Positions 10,559-20,500 are shown, counted from the first letter of the stretch. The stretch: DNA of 64,000 nucleotides from Pyrodictiaceae archaeon (GCA_027036135.1 JALVSY010000007.1:1060880-1124879), one strand, 5' to 3'. The notes: generated by a model not told the origin, from the sequence alone. Numbers and translations are program-made.

Positions 10559-10743
10559 ACATCTAAGGTTATTAATGATTAGATACTAATGTTTCCCAAA
10601 ATTCCTCCTTTGCATAAATCTAAATCCTCGTCAAGGACTCTATGGAATTGTATTTATATGCCTATACTTACACTTTACGTCATATGGCATATACAGTAGG
10701 ATTTATTAGTATCCACCAGTTTTTTACAAATAGCGAATAAGAG

Positions 10744-11757
10744 GTGAAAATTATGCGAGAGAATAGACGCCTTACCTATATCTTAGCTATAGCAGCGGCT
10801 ACAGTGCTAATAGTAGGTGTGATTGCTTTTGCTCAAGCCAGCCGTAATAAACCAGAGCTACGAATGATAACACATACAGAGATAGTAAAACCCGTAGTGA
10901 ATTTACTCGGCAGTGCTAAGCCGCTAGGAGTAGAGCCAAAGACGCTGCAGAAGAACGATATAACATCGCTAATAAGTAAAGATCCGCGAATAAAGTCAGC
11001 TCTCGTTAAGCTGGGAGGAATAGACGAGATAAACGCAGCTCAGTTGCTCAATTATAATGGAAAGAGGCTATTAGTGATATTTACCAAGGGAACCGAAAAT
11101 CATCCAGTAGTAATAGACCTTGCAACAGGAGAGATCCTTCCCGCTAAAATTATTGTGATTAAACGCTATCATGACCGAATGAGGGTTCCAGTCAATTCTG
11201 AGAGTAGAAAACAAATAAAGGAAATGCTTGAGAACCTTAGAGCTAGTGGCAAAATAAAAATCACTGATCAATATGAGAATTCCCTCATAGCAAACTATAC
11301 GCGACTCTATCTTTACAAAGAAGTTAAAGCAACCAGTTATCAGCTCTTAGTGAAGCTAAACAAGAACAGGCCAGGCTACACACCTTTGGCATATTATCTC
11401 TCAGCAACAACATGCATGCCCTGGTACATAGCTGGCCATCTAGTATACGAGGTTTGTGCATCAGGTCTATTCTATGTAGATCCCGGTAACGCGGTCTACG
11501 TTGTAAGTGATAACTCCTACTACATTGTTAATTTGCCATACTCGAACTGCAAGTTCCATCACTCTACGAGCGCAACGCCAGTATCAGCATCAATAAGAGC
11601 CGACGGAGAAGCCGCGCTGCTTGATTGCCCAGTAACAACCAAGCTAAGCGCTTGGGCAGTATCAACCGTCGATAAATGGGGCAACTTCTTCCCCAATGGT
11701 GGCGGCTCTAAGTGGATAGCCTTTGGGTGTGGTTGCCAATCAATACCGATGCCTTAA
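10744..11757 (+). CDS. Secreted hypothetical protein with Cys-rich C-terminal domain
   Basis: Signal peptide (RR + hydrophobic + AQA), PepSY-like VIDLATGEIL, all 6 Cys in the last ~115 aa; AT-rich flanks. Confidence 0.8.
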   Translation: MKIMRENRRLTYILAIAAATVLIVGVIAFAQASRNKPELRMITHTEIVKPVVNLLGSAKPLGVEPKTLQKNDITSLISKDPRIKSALVKLGGIDEINAAQLLNYNGKRLLVIFTKGTENHPVVIDLATGEILPAKIIVIKRYHDRMRVPVNSESRKQIKEMLENLRASGKIKITDQYENSLIANYTRLYLYKEVKATSYQLLVKLNKNRPGYTPLAYYLSATTCMPWYIAGHLVYEVCASGLFYVDPGNAVYVVSDNSYYIVNLPYSNCKFHHSTSATPVSASIRADGEAALLDCPVTTKLSAWAVSTVDKWGNFFPNGGGSKWIAFGCGCQSIPMP

Positions 11758-11877
11758 GCAAGAGCACTAAGCTATTATGCAACTATTACTATTTTTGTTA
11801 CAGAATTGTTAGTTTTAATCATATTTTTATTCATATTCTAAATATATGTATCATAATATAAGTATGAGGTTATGGTG

Positions 11878-12178
11878 ATGAGTCGTAGAATATTTGTCCA
11901 TGCGTTCCTCATAGGGTTTGCGATGGGCTTTATCGTCGCTTTTTTTGGCGTTTATGCTTCTTCCTCGCATAGAAGCCAAAGAGGCACCTAAAGGTATGAT
12001 TAGAGTCGGATCTATCGAGTATAAGGGGTTGCATGTTACTGTTTATGCAAACTTCTCGTCCAAGCATGGTGTGGCATATATTGACACGATTTATATAAAA
12101 TACTATTGGGCTGAAGGGCTTCCTGGAGGTACGGGAGAGGCTTTTTGCACTATAAAGGGGCATCATGGATCAAGTTGA
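11878..12178 (+). pseudogene. Frameshifted small membrane-anchored protein
   Basis: GAGGT RBS then ATG at 11878 (MSRRIFVHAFLIGFAMGFIVAF); removing one T from the T7 run at 11940-11946 joins it to LAFMLLPRIEAKE... of ORF 11918-12178. Confidence 0.65.
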
Positions 12179-12182
12179 AGCT

Positions 12183-12740
12183 TTAAGAGAATGTTTTACT
12201 CTTTTGCATGTTTCTTAGCCTCTTTATGACGGATTCTGCTAGTCTCGCGTGCTTTTTCTCCTCCTCGACGAGTAGCTCGAGCAGCTTTCTCAGAGTTGTC
12301 CCGGGCTCGGCTAGGGGTACTAGGTCCTCGTAGCTAGACTGGGCCAGCTTCTCCATGCTTAGATGTGTCTGCACCATATCTAGTACTCTCTGTGCCTCCT
12401 CTGGAGCCGGCTTGTAGAAGAGGAGGTCACGTGCAAACATTATCGTGGAGGTTATTGCTCTCATAAGCGCCCAGGTTATCTCTCTGTGAACAATGCTGTC
12501 AAACGCTATTAGGAAGAGCTCCCAGCGTGCATGCTCATCCGTACAAGCCTTTGCTATGTCACGGTAGGCCTTGGCCTCGCACATCTCGTCCAGCGCGATG
12601 CTCTCGAGCATCTTCTTCATCTGCTCTAGTTGCGCTATCATTTTCTCTAATCGCTCCTCTAGCTCCGTGGGGCCTTTCTTATCACTTTTCATAACCTGTC
12701 CCTCTGGAGGAGTTCTCGCCGAGCTATACATTAGGGCCAC
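12183..12740 (-). CDS. Ferritin-like / rubrerythrin-like di-iron protein
   Basis: Paired E..Y and (D/E)xxH motifs: EAKAY...DSIVH, EKLAQSSY...EEKKH. Confidence 0.7.
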   Translation of the reverse strand: MALMYSSARTPPEGQVMKSDKKGPTELEERLEKMIAQLEQMKKMLESIALDEMCEAKAYRDIAKACTDEHARWELFLIAFDSIVHREITWALMRAITSTIMFARDLLFYKPAPEEAQRVLDMVQTHLSMEKLAQSSYEDLVPLAEPGTTLRKLLELLVEEEKKHARLAESVIKRLRNMQKSKTFS

Positions 12741-12796
12741 TACCTGGTAAAAACAGTGGCTTAACCACGCCTAGTACAAGTAATAGCTAGAGTAGA

Positions 12797-13693
12797 TTGG
12801 CCCTAGTTAGCCGGCATAGGTGCTGCGTGATGGAGCTTGGAGGTATTAGGGTAGTTGCAACCGCTATCGGTACTGCTATGGGGTTGCTTGGCCCGGGTCT
12901 CTATGTATACACGGTCAATAGGTATGGTGATGCAGTGATTCTATGGCGTAGGCTTCGCTTACTCCTACTCTATAGTGGCACCGGTCTCCTCTTGCTAAGT
13001 ATCGGCGTCGGCTGGATGGATGTAAGCACACTCATCACTGCAGTAGCCGTGCTGGTAGCTGTGTTCTTGCTAGTGCATCTCGTCCTCGAGAAAAGGAGTA
13101 GCATGTTTGTAGTAGGCCTAGGCGACGAAGTTGTTGAAGCAAGGCTTCTCCGCGGCCAAGGAACAGCGGCTTTTAGCTTCACGGGGACAGGTAGGATATA
13201 TGTATCCGAGGGCCTCGTATACATGCTTGAGCCGGGAGAGCTAGCAGCGATAGTGGCTCATGAGAGGGGGCACAGTGTTGCCCTACAACCTCTTAGCTCG
13301 CCCCTAGTTAACTCGTTGCTAGCGCTACTAAGCGTGGCCATAGCTATGGGCGTAGTAAACCTAGTAGCAAGCGGTAGCGCGGCAGGCATTAGTCTAGGCT
13401 TGTTAGCAAGCCTCGGTGCCTGGGGCCTATGGGTAACCTATAACTGGGCATGGGAGAGCCTAGCAGATATATATTCACTAATAAAAACCGGGGCAATAGC
13501 CTATACAGCACTTCAGAGAATCACCGGCGCATTGCCCAGGCCATTATCCATACGAGACGCCTATTACGACTTCATACGCTCAATGCGTCCCCGCAGGATA
13601 GGGGGAGGAGTGTTCCTCGTTAATCCGCACCCCAGGCCGGAGACCAGACTATACATCATGCAGCGACTGCTCCGAGAACTATATCAGCTTTAG
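12797..13693 (+). CDS. M48 (HtpX-like) membrane zinc metalloprotease
   Basis: AAIVAHERGH (HExxH), ESLAD, HPRPETR, several TM helices. Confidence 0.85.
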   Translation: MALVSRHRCCVMELGGIRVVATAIGTAMGLLGPGLYVYTVNRYGDAVILWRRLRLLLLYSGTGLLLLSIGVGWMDVSTLITAVAVLVAVFLLVHLVLEKRSSMFVVGLGDEVVEARLLRGQGTAAFSFTGTGRIYVSEGLVYMLEPGELAAIVAHERGHSVALQPLSSPLVNSLLALLSVAIAMGVVNLVASGSAAGISLGLLASLGAWGLWVTYNWAWESLADIYSLIKTGAIAYTALQRITGALPRPLSIRDAYYDFIRSMRPRRIGGGVFLVNPHPRPETRLYIMQRLLRELYQL

Positions 13694-14039
13694 AGCCTCA
13701 GGGCCCTCTGTATACCAGCAGGTATATACCCGCGAGTATACAGATCGAAAAGAAGACGTTTTCAGCAAAGATATTGCTGAGGCACGTGCTTCCAGGGCTG
13801 TACGGTTAGTGCTTGTGCAAGAAGATTAGTATAGGGTCTTCTAGTCGTGTTAATGGTTCCTATAGTTTTTCAATCAACTATACGACGAACAAGTAGCAAG
13901 GGACAAGAAGAACTTGGCGATGGTACACGCAATGCCTAGTCAGGGCTGGTAGGGCGTAATCCCGGGACAGTATTATGGTGAAGGAAGACACTTAAGAGTA
14001 ACAAGTGTATCGGTGATGAAGAAGTAGAGAATTAGCGCC

Positions 14040-14399
14040 TTATACTAGCTCGTAGGCGGGGCGTGCGACGAACCGGACCCTGGCGGGGCCTAGGAGTGCC
14101 TCTGCTACGTTTAGTGCTTCGTCGCCCCAGTACTCCCCGCCTGGGCCGGCTAGCCATGCTCCGAAGACTGTGCCGTCGAGGACGACTAGGCCAAGCCTGT
14201 GCCCGGTACTGTACCTCACGCAAACAAAGCCAGTAAACCTTGTATCAACGATCTCGTTAGCTATGTGTTCGTAGACGAGCCCATCCACCTCCTCCTCTAC
14301 GCCGACACCCTTGCAGGCAAACCTGGCCTCCTCGTCAAGAGGTAGCCCAAAAACACTGCCAGCGTGTGAACTCTTAGTGCCAACCACTACCGCTGCCAT
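14040..14399 (-). CDS. Hypothetical protein, DUF2226/PATAN-like
   Basis: FTGFVCV...GLVVLDGTVFGA pattern resembles DUF2226. Confidence 0.55.
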   Translation of the reverse strand: MAAVVVGTKSSHAGSVFGLPLDEEARFACKGVGVEEEVDGLVYEHIANEIVDTRFTGFVCVRYSTGHRLGLVVLDGTVFGAWLAGPGGEYWGDEALNVAEALLGPARVRFVARPAYELV

Positions 14400-14560
14400 A
14401 GACCCGCACCACTGAGAATAATGGTGTACTAGAAGGGCAGAAGCACCTCACGTCCTCATAATTAGCCCAGTAACACGGGAACCGGGTCGGGCCTCTGCCT
14501 AGGCAATGAGCACGAGAAATACGCTAAGCAGTAGCCAAGAATCAAGGAGTAACAATACCG

Positions 14561-14650
14561 GGCGTCAGCCAACCCGGCTCACGCCATCAGCGCCTCGCCC
14601 CATTGGCGCCTCGGTCCGGGGTTCGCTTCCGGCGCGATCATCACATCCAC
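14561..14650 (-). ncRNA. Candidate C/D-box sRNA with tRNA-complementary guides
   Basis: GTGATGA (14644-14638), CCGA D' (14614-14611), GCGCC/GGCGC stem, TGATGG C', CTGA D (14568-14565); TTTATA box at 14684-14679; GC-rich intergenic stretch. Confidence 0.6.
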
Positions 14651-14843
14651 TACTATTGCCTAGGGCCGCGTAGCCTCCTATAAACCCTGGCAACGATCCG
14701 CAGCACCGCTTATTGCTTAATGCTCCCAGCTTTATATCCTGGAAACAAATCACTTTTCAAGCCTCGTAGCCTGCCTCCATTACTATACCTTCTCCTTGGC
14801 CAAGGAATTATTAGTCTAAGCTCATCGTCCCTTCCCCGGGGGT

Positions 14844-15644
14844 ATGGTGGTGAGAGAGTGCTGCATAGACATAATCTGTGAGGGTTGCCCGGTCCTACTA
14901 GTAATAGATGAGAGGAGGCGCTTCATATTCCAGGCAAGGCGCGGCGCCGTACAGGGTAGTGATAAGGGTGTGCTGAGGCACGATGACATACTTGGCAAAG
15001 AGTATGGCTCCCGCGTCAAGCTAAGCAGTGGTATAGAAGCAGTAGTTTTGCGTCCACGCCTCATGGACTACATGGAGCGTGGGTTCCGGAGAAAAACCCA
15101 GGTCATATATCCTAAGGATCATGGACTCATTATAATGTTGCTCGATCTTAAGCCAGGTATGCGTGTACTCGAGATAGGCGTTGGGAGCGGGTTCACAACA
15201 GCAGTATTAGCACAGATAGTTGGGGATGAAGGCAGGGTTTACAGCTACGAGGTGCGCAAAGACAATATAGAGATTGCTAAAAAGAATCTAGAGAAAATAG
15301 GCCTTGCCAATAGAGTTGTGTTGAAGCACCGCGACGCGAGGCTAGGAATAGACGAGGAGGCAATCGATGCCGCTGTAATAGATATGCCTGACCCCTGGGC
15401 CGTCCTCCACCACCTTTACCGCGTTCTTCGCCCAAGTGCTGGGGCAGTATTCTTCTTGCCAGCTGTTAACCAGGTACAGCGCCTCTTGCTAGCACTGGGT
15501 CTTCATGGAGGCTGGGTGGGGACAAGTGTCTACGAGGTCCTCCTGCGAGGCTATGAGCCTCGAGGGGACGCTCTAAGACCCTATACCACGATGATAGCCC
15601 ATACAGGGTACCTAGTCTATGCGAGAAAAGTGCACATGAGATGA
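14844..15644 (+). CDS. trmI: tRNA (adenine-57/58-N1)-methyltransferase
   Basis: HDDILGK, RKTQVIYPKD, LEIGVGSG, DMPDPW, RPYTTMIAHTGYL. Confidence 0.95.
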   Translation: MVVRECCIDIICEGCPVLLVIDERRRFIFQARRGAVQGSDKGVLRHDDILGKEYGSRVKLSSGIEAVVLRPRLMDYMERGFRRKTQVIYPKDHGLIIMLLDLKPGMRVLEIGVGSGFTTAVLAQIVGDEGRVYSYEVRKDNIEIAKKNLEKIGLANRVVLKHRDARLGIDEEAIDAAVIDMPDPWAVLHHLYRVLRPSAGAVFFLPAVNQVQRLLLALGLHGGWVGTSVYEVLLRGYEPRGDALRPYTTMIAHTGYLVYARKVHMR

Positions 15645-16040
15645 GATCCCTTAATATCTAATCTCTAAAATTGTTTACTTTATTATATAATTATTTAAAG
15701 AGCTTTGAAGAAAATAATTAAAATAAAATATATTTATTATTTCTAAGAAACTTAAGCTGATATTGTCTCTTTTAAAGAGCATATGATATTGCGATAGCTT
15801 AATAATATTAAGCCCATAATTGTCTTCGTAGACTTGTAGATCTCTATTAAATCTTCAGCGCTCATGATTAATGCCAACTGTTTAGATGTCTCCTTGTATT
15901 TCGCGACTAAGTAAATTAGGGTATTTAGATACCCTGATAAGTAGCGAAATACGGGCAAGAGGAGTCAATGTTGCTCGAGAATAGCTTCATAAGCCCAGTA
16001 AGCATCCTAGTAGCCTACTCAGTCATAGCAGTACTGATAA

Positions 16041-17051
16041 TTATTGCTGGCTACCTTGTTTATCGTCGTCAGAGCCGTTTCCGGAGAGGCACTCGGCAGC
16101 TGCGTTAGCAACCATTCGGGCTATTTGTGCAGCCCCCATGGTCGTTGATGGCCTAGGGGCTCCGGCAACATTGCTATGGCCTCCCCCGCCTAGCCTAGAG
16201 GCTATGCAGTCAGCCCGGAGCTTGCCCCATGTCTTTATGCTCAGTCCACGCGGGTAGAGAATGACAACTACTTCGGCCTCGCTGGGCCCCGGTGCGACGC
16301 CTAACCGCTGTACATCGCATGCGCTGGCACGTGGTGGCGGAGTAACGACGGCTACCCTTATGCCACTAAATCTCTCGATAACGATGCTGATCTTCTCCCT
16401 TATCTCGCGATAATAGCTCTCTGCCTCCTTCTCGTAGATCTCGTTGGCCCAGCTGGGCCACAGTTCTCCCTGGGAGAGACTCTCAGCAGCCCTGCGAAGA
16501 CCGGTCCAGTCAAGGTGGCGTAGCACTAGTCTCCACTTATCAGCTAAGCCATATGGGTCATCGCTGCAAGAGTCATCGGCTCGGGCTATCTCGACAAGCT
16601 TCCGGGAAACCTCATCGCCCCAGCAATCAATGAGGCGACAAGCTATCTCGGCAGTAACGCTCCCCCGGTCATGTACTATGATCACGCCTTTCTCCTCGAG
16701 AGGCTCCTTGGCGCTAGAGTCCCAGACATGGTGATCAAGCCATACAACACCACGTGCATACTTAGTGAGCGCAGCTATGGCCTCGGCATCGCCCCGTGTC
16801 CGTGGAGAGAGATCAGCAACAACTACGGCGGTGCCTGGCTTCCCGGCAGCCTCTTGGAGAGCACGCTTAACCATAGTATAAAGCCCCCTAACGCCAGCAA
16901 CACTATGAGAGACCTCCTTGCCTTCTCCCCGAGCCCATCGCATGATTATAGCAGCGCTAGACAAACCATCGAGATCAACGTGGCTGACAACATGTATCCT
17001 AGCAGCGCCTCGCAGCAACTCCCTAGCCCTCTCCAAGACATCGCTTGCCAC
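16041..17051 (-). CDS. DHH-family phosphoesterase with DHHA1 domain
   Basis: SHVDLDG, VADL, WLDHH, GGGHSNVAG. Confidence 0.88.
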   Translation of the reverse strand: MASDVLERARELLRGAARIHVVSHVDLDGLSSAAIIMRWARGEGKEVSHSVAGVRGLYTMVKRALQEAAGKPGTAVVVADLSPRTRGDAEAIAALTKYARGVVWLDHHVWDSSAKEPLEEKGVIIVHDRGSVTAEIACRLIDCWGDEVSRKLVEIARADDSCSDDPYGLADKWRLVLRHLDWTGLRRAAESLSQGELWPSWANEIYEKEAESYYREIREKISIVIERFSGIRVAVVTPPPRASACDVQRLGVAPGPSEAEVVVILYPRGLSIKTWGKLRADCIASRLGGGGHSNVAGAPRPSTTMGAAQIARMVANAAAECLSGNGSDDDKQGSQQ

Positions 17052-17166
17052 GGCTCCCTCAACACCCCCGCTCTCTGCTCCCCCTCCCCGTACTCATTAA
17101 CAATGCCCCAGCACCCAGGCTTGCTAAGAATCCGTGCCCAGAACTATTTGGGGCCTTGTAGGGAGC

Positions 17167-17199
17167 GGTGTAGATGCCATCTACACCAAGCTATAAGCA
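17167..17199 (+). promoter_or_regulatory. 21-bp palindromic operator (copy 1) plus TATA box
   Basis: GGTGTAGATG-C-CATCTACACC perfect inverted repeat followed by AAGC-TATAAG, upstream of the ORF at 17238. Confidence 0.8.
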
Positions 17200-17237
17200 A
17201 TAGCGCCTCCCCTTCTTAGCAGGGGGCCGGGTCTTCC

Positions 17238-17894
17238 TTGAAGCAACGGGATGCTTCTTTAATAGACTACTTGGTTGGAGACGAGGTATTGTTACTAAAA
17301 GGATTAACTACGATTTACTATTCCGGTCTCCTCGCCCTCGGCATTATATTCGGGCTTATCGTATCAGTAATCCTCCTTGCACCAAGCAACAATGTGCAAG
17401 GCGTAGCCTATGCTATATTCGTCGCAGCTGGGTTCATGGCCTTAGTTGATGCTGGGTTCTTTGTTGGCTTGCGGCGAGTAGATAATAGCTTCTTGAGCAG
17501 CTGTGGCTGCTTCGAGGCCGGAGTAGTGGTGCTTGCCAATGGTATCTTATCGCTCCTATACCTGGCGTACATAGTGTTTCACCGAGGAGAAATTGTGTCC
17601 CCTCTTGGCCAAACAAGCTCTATTATATTAGCGTTGCTCAACGGGCTTAGTCTTATAGCCCTAGGACTCACGCTTACCAAGATAAACGAAGTAGTTAATG
17701 AATCAGCGCTAAGTCTAGCTGGTACAGGGCTCGCTGTAAGCGGGTTACTGAGCCTAATACCAGTCTTATCCAGGTTAGCCTCTCTCCTCTATTTCCTATC
17801 ACTAATAGTGATGTGCTACGGGCTTAACAAGGCTATAACAAATCTAAGGATAAGGCTATGCCATAAGGAACCAGGTCTCTGCAAGTACGCCTAG
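17238..17894 (+). CDS. Multi-pass membrane protein (DUF973/DUF996-like)
   Basis: About 6 hydrophobic helices; architecture similar to 62118-62856. Confidence 0.7.
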   Translation: MKQRDASLIDYLVGDEVLLLKGLTTIYYSGLLALGIIFGLIVSVILLAPSNNVQGVAYAIFVAAGFMALVDAGFFVGLRRVDNSFLSSCGCFEAGVVVLANGILSLLYLAYIVFHRGEIVSPLGQTSSIILALLNGLSLIALGLTLTKINEVVNESALSLAGTGLAVSGLLSLIPVLSRLASLLYFLSLIVMCYGLNKAITNLRIRLCHKEPGLCKYA

Positions 17895-18772
17895 GTCTCT
17901 ATTCCGTACTCACACGTCTTGCACGGAGGCCTCTCGCTTGGCCCTGGCGGCTCCTCGGAGGCGAGTCGAGCCACTATGTTAGGTAGTATCTCGGTCTCAA
18001 ACCAATCAGCTAGGTCCTCTGGCGCGAAACGCTCGCGTAGAAAGGTACGGCCAGTGACATCCTTATAGACGAGGACTGCTTCCTCAACAGGCCATTTATC
18101 GACTAGTATCCATGCATAAGTGGCTAGCTGGGTCTTAGCAGCGAGATAGCCCCTTGAGTGCCTCTTGACGAGCCAGGGCTTGGAGGAGGTCTTTAGCTCA
18201 ATTACCCTAAGTCCTCCACGGCCATAGGATATGTCATCGGGGACCCCTATGACCATGAAGCTTTCTCCGCGAGGCCTACGAGCAATCATCGGCCAATCCT
18301 CACGCCTAAAGTACTCAACAATATCGCTGGCTTCTAGGTACCTTCTTAGCTGCTCCTCGTACTCCTCCGGCCTTATCAGGCCCTTGTCCAATACGCCTTT
18401 CTCTATAAGCTCTACGAGGGTTCCTACGCCTCCGCGTAACAAGGTCTCAGCTAGCCTAGGCCCTGTAACAGCCTCCCCGATGGCCTCGTCAAGGGAATCA
18501 CCGTGAATGAGCCTACCAGTGATTATGCGCTCCCGCCCCCTCTTCCACAGCTCACCGACCCACAGGTAGAGAAGCCCCTCAAGCTCCTCCTGGCTCAGAG
18601 AATCCAGAGAGAGCCACCCAGTGTTGAAGAGACTAGTGTTGTGCCAGGCCTTGAGCCTGCACCAGTGCCAGGCACCAATAGCACTAGCAGGCACTACTGG
18701 TGGAGCCTCCTGCCTAGCCCTAGCCCCTACTAGGAATAGCGCAGTCTTCTTGCAGAGGCGCTGGCTCAACAC
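17891..18772 (-). CDS. Solo Cas4-like PD-(D/E)xK exonuclease
   Basis: PASAIGAWHWC, GRLIH, GVPDD, IELKT, QLATY, C-terminal CKTCEY. Confidence 0.75.
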   Translation of the reverse strand: MLSQRLCKKTALFLVGARARQEAPPVVPASAIGAWHWCRLKAWHNTSLFNTGWLSLDSLSQEELEGLLYLWVGELWKRGRERIITGRLIHGDSLDEAIGEAVTGPRLAETLLRGGVGTLVELIEKGVLDKGLIRPEEYEEQLRRYLEASDIVEYFRREDWPMIARRPRGESFMVIGVPDDISYGRGGLRVIELKTSSKPWLVKRHSRGYLAAKTQLATYAWILVDKWPVEEAVLVYKDVTGRTFLRERFAPEDLADWFETEILPNIVARLASEEPPGPSERPPCKTCEYGIET

Positions 18773-18979
18773 TCTATCATCTCGCCTCAGTGCCCTACTC
18801 TATGCTCTTCAGCCTCTATGCCTCCCCCTTATCGGAGGATAGCTGGGTGACTAAAATAGCGGCTATGTCGATGGTTAGTCGTGTCTCGCTGGATTAGTGC
18901 TGGGATTATGCTGCTATTGCTTCGTGTAAAGGAGGAGCAAAACAATATGACTTGCTTATGCACAGAGAGGTTACGGCGT

Positions 18980-19432
18980 TTACTTTGTCTCCTTCCTTGT
19001 CTCAACGACTAGTACATCAACATTCTTGCTTATTGATATTACTTTGCTAGAGACGCTTCCAAGTATGAGTCTCTCAAGTCCGCCCCTACCACGCCTACCA
19101 ACTACTATTAGGTCGTAGTTGTTCTCCTCGGCGTAGCTTACTAGCTCCTCGGCAGGGTCGCCCATGAGTATAGCATAGTCGGCTTCTACACCGTTAGTCT
19201 CCTTTATCTCGGTGACTAGTTTCTCTAGCTCCTTCTTAGCTGGCTCCTCTAGGCTCTTTATATCAACAGTCTCGGGGACCATGAGCTCGCCTAGGAACAC
19301 TACTGGCGGGGGCAGCACGGTTGCAACTGTTACTTTTGCTCCAAGGCTCCTAGCTAGGCTAACCGCCTTCATAACCGCCTTCTTTGATGCCTCGCTCCCG
19401 TCGTACCCGACGAGTATCCGTGTATAGCTCAT
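18980..19432 (-). CDS. Universal stress protein
   Basis: ILVGYDGSEAS, GDPAEE, DLIVVGRRGRG...LGSVS. Confidence 0.95.
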   Translation of the reverse strand: MSYTRILVGYDGSEASKKAVMKAVSLARSLGAKVTVATVLPPPVVFLGELMVPETVDIKSLEEPAKKELEKLVTEIKETNGVEADYAILMGDPAEELVSYAEENNYDLIVVGRRGRGGLERLILGSVSSKVISISKNVDVLVVETRKETK

Positions 19433-19485
19433 TACGGGTTACACCCACTTGGCGGGTACAATGCTAAGAGAAATATAATAATCCT

Positions 19486-20484
19486 GTGCCCCTCCGCAAT
19501 AATGGTATAAGGCTCTCCGCACACCATATATACGGGTTAGGGGAGGCCCGGGGCTCCTTGACCAGGAAGCATCAATGGCGCCGCGTACTACTCTGGGCAG
19601 CTATACTGACTCTGCTCTCCTCGCCGTTCCTAGCCACTTTCATCCCTCACCGAGAGGCTAGGAGTAAGGAGCTAAGCCCAAGCGAGCTAATGGCCAAGGC
19701 AGCTATCTATGCTAACAAGAGCCTAGTCGAGCTAAACAAAGCCCTGGTACTCGATAAGCCTGATGCCGAGAGCCTGGCCCTGGACTCTGTGGCCGCTAGG
19801 GACGTCTCGAGAGCATTAGCTGAGCGCGCAGCAAATACGCCGGACTCGGGGCTCGCCGGGTTCCTTAGGAAAGCGATGCTGGCCTATGCCGACTTAGCCA
19901 ACGCGTCCTCGTACACGATGCTAGCCACGCCCCGCCTCTATGAAGGCCTCATAGAGGTACAGAAAGCCCTAATAGCCCTCAAAGAGTGTAAGGTAGACAA
20001 GTACCTAGAGCTCTACGAGAAGGCACGGACCAAGCTACTGGAGGCAGACAAGCCCCTCCTAGAGGCACTAAGCCTCCTGGTATCGCTCAACGAGTCCTAC
20101 TTGCTCTCTCCGGTTCACGAGGAGATAGCAGAGAACCTCACAACAAGCGTCGCAGCCGCAGCGAAGACGATAGAGGAGCTAGAAAGGCTCTACAACATAG
20201 TCCAATCGTACCAGGACGCCATAGAGAAGCTCTGCCAAGGACAAAAGCCGAGCCCAAGCAGGCTACAGGGGCTAGCAAGCAGCATCTCGAAGCTTAACCC
20301 CGGGAACGCTGGCCCCCTCGGCTATGAGGAAGCCGAGGCACTAAGCCACATACTATCCCTAATGAAGGGCCAAGCTCAGTGTAACAAGCCGGGAACAAGC
20401 TCCGGGAGCGGGACAAGTAGTGCCGGGTCCAGAGGACGGGGAGGAAGCGGTGCTGGCTACGGAGAGCCTAGCAGCGATGACTAG
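19486..20484 (+). CDS. Membrane-anchored helical protein, first gene of the vWA operon
   Basis: Single N-terminal TM helix, all-alpha body, G/S-rich tail; co-oriented with two vWA genes. Confidence 0.7.
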   Translation: MPLRNNGIRLSAHHIYGLGEARGSLTRKHQWRRVLLWAAILTLLSSPFLATFIPHREARSKELSPSELMAKAAIYANKSLVELNKALVLDKPDAESLALDSVAARDVSRALAERAANTPDSGLAGFLRKAMLAYADLANASSYTMLATPRLYEGLIEVQKALIALKECKVDKYLELYEKARTKLLEADKPLLEALSLLVSLNESYLLSPVHEEIAENLTTSVAAAAKTIEELERLYNIVQSYQDAIEKLCQGQKPSPSRLQGLASSISKLNPGNAGPLGYEEAEALSHILSLMKGQAQCNKPGTSSGSGTSSAGSRGRGGSGAGYGEPSSDD

Positions 20485-20500
20485 TAAGGAGCACTAATAG

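Noticed and set aside
10744-11757. Possible cannula (CanA-like) subunit
   Set aside because: No resemblance to the CanA sequence features I recall; different size and Cys pattern
14561-14650. SRP, RNase P, 5S or tRNA gene
   Set aside because: Too short and lacks their signature motifs; only a 13-nt tRNA-like segment, better explained as a guide
16444-17219. Antisense ORFs over the DHH gene, and similar shadow ORFs throughout
   Set aside because: They overlap well-supported genes on the other strand and have S/T/P-rich shadow composition
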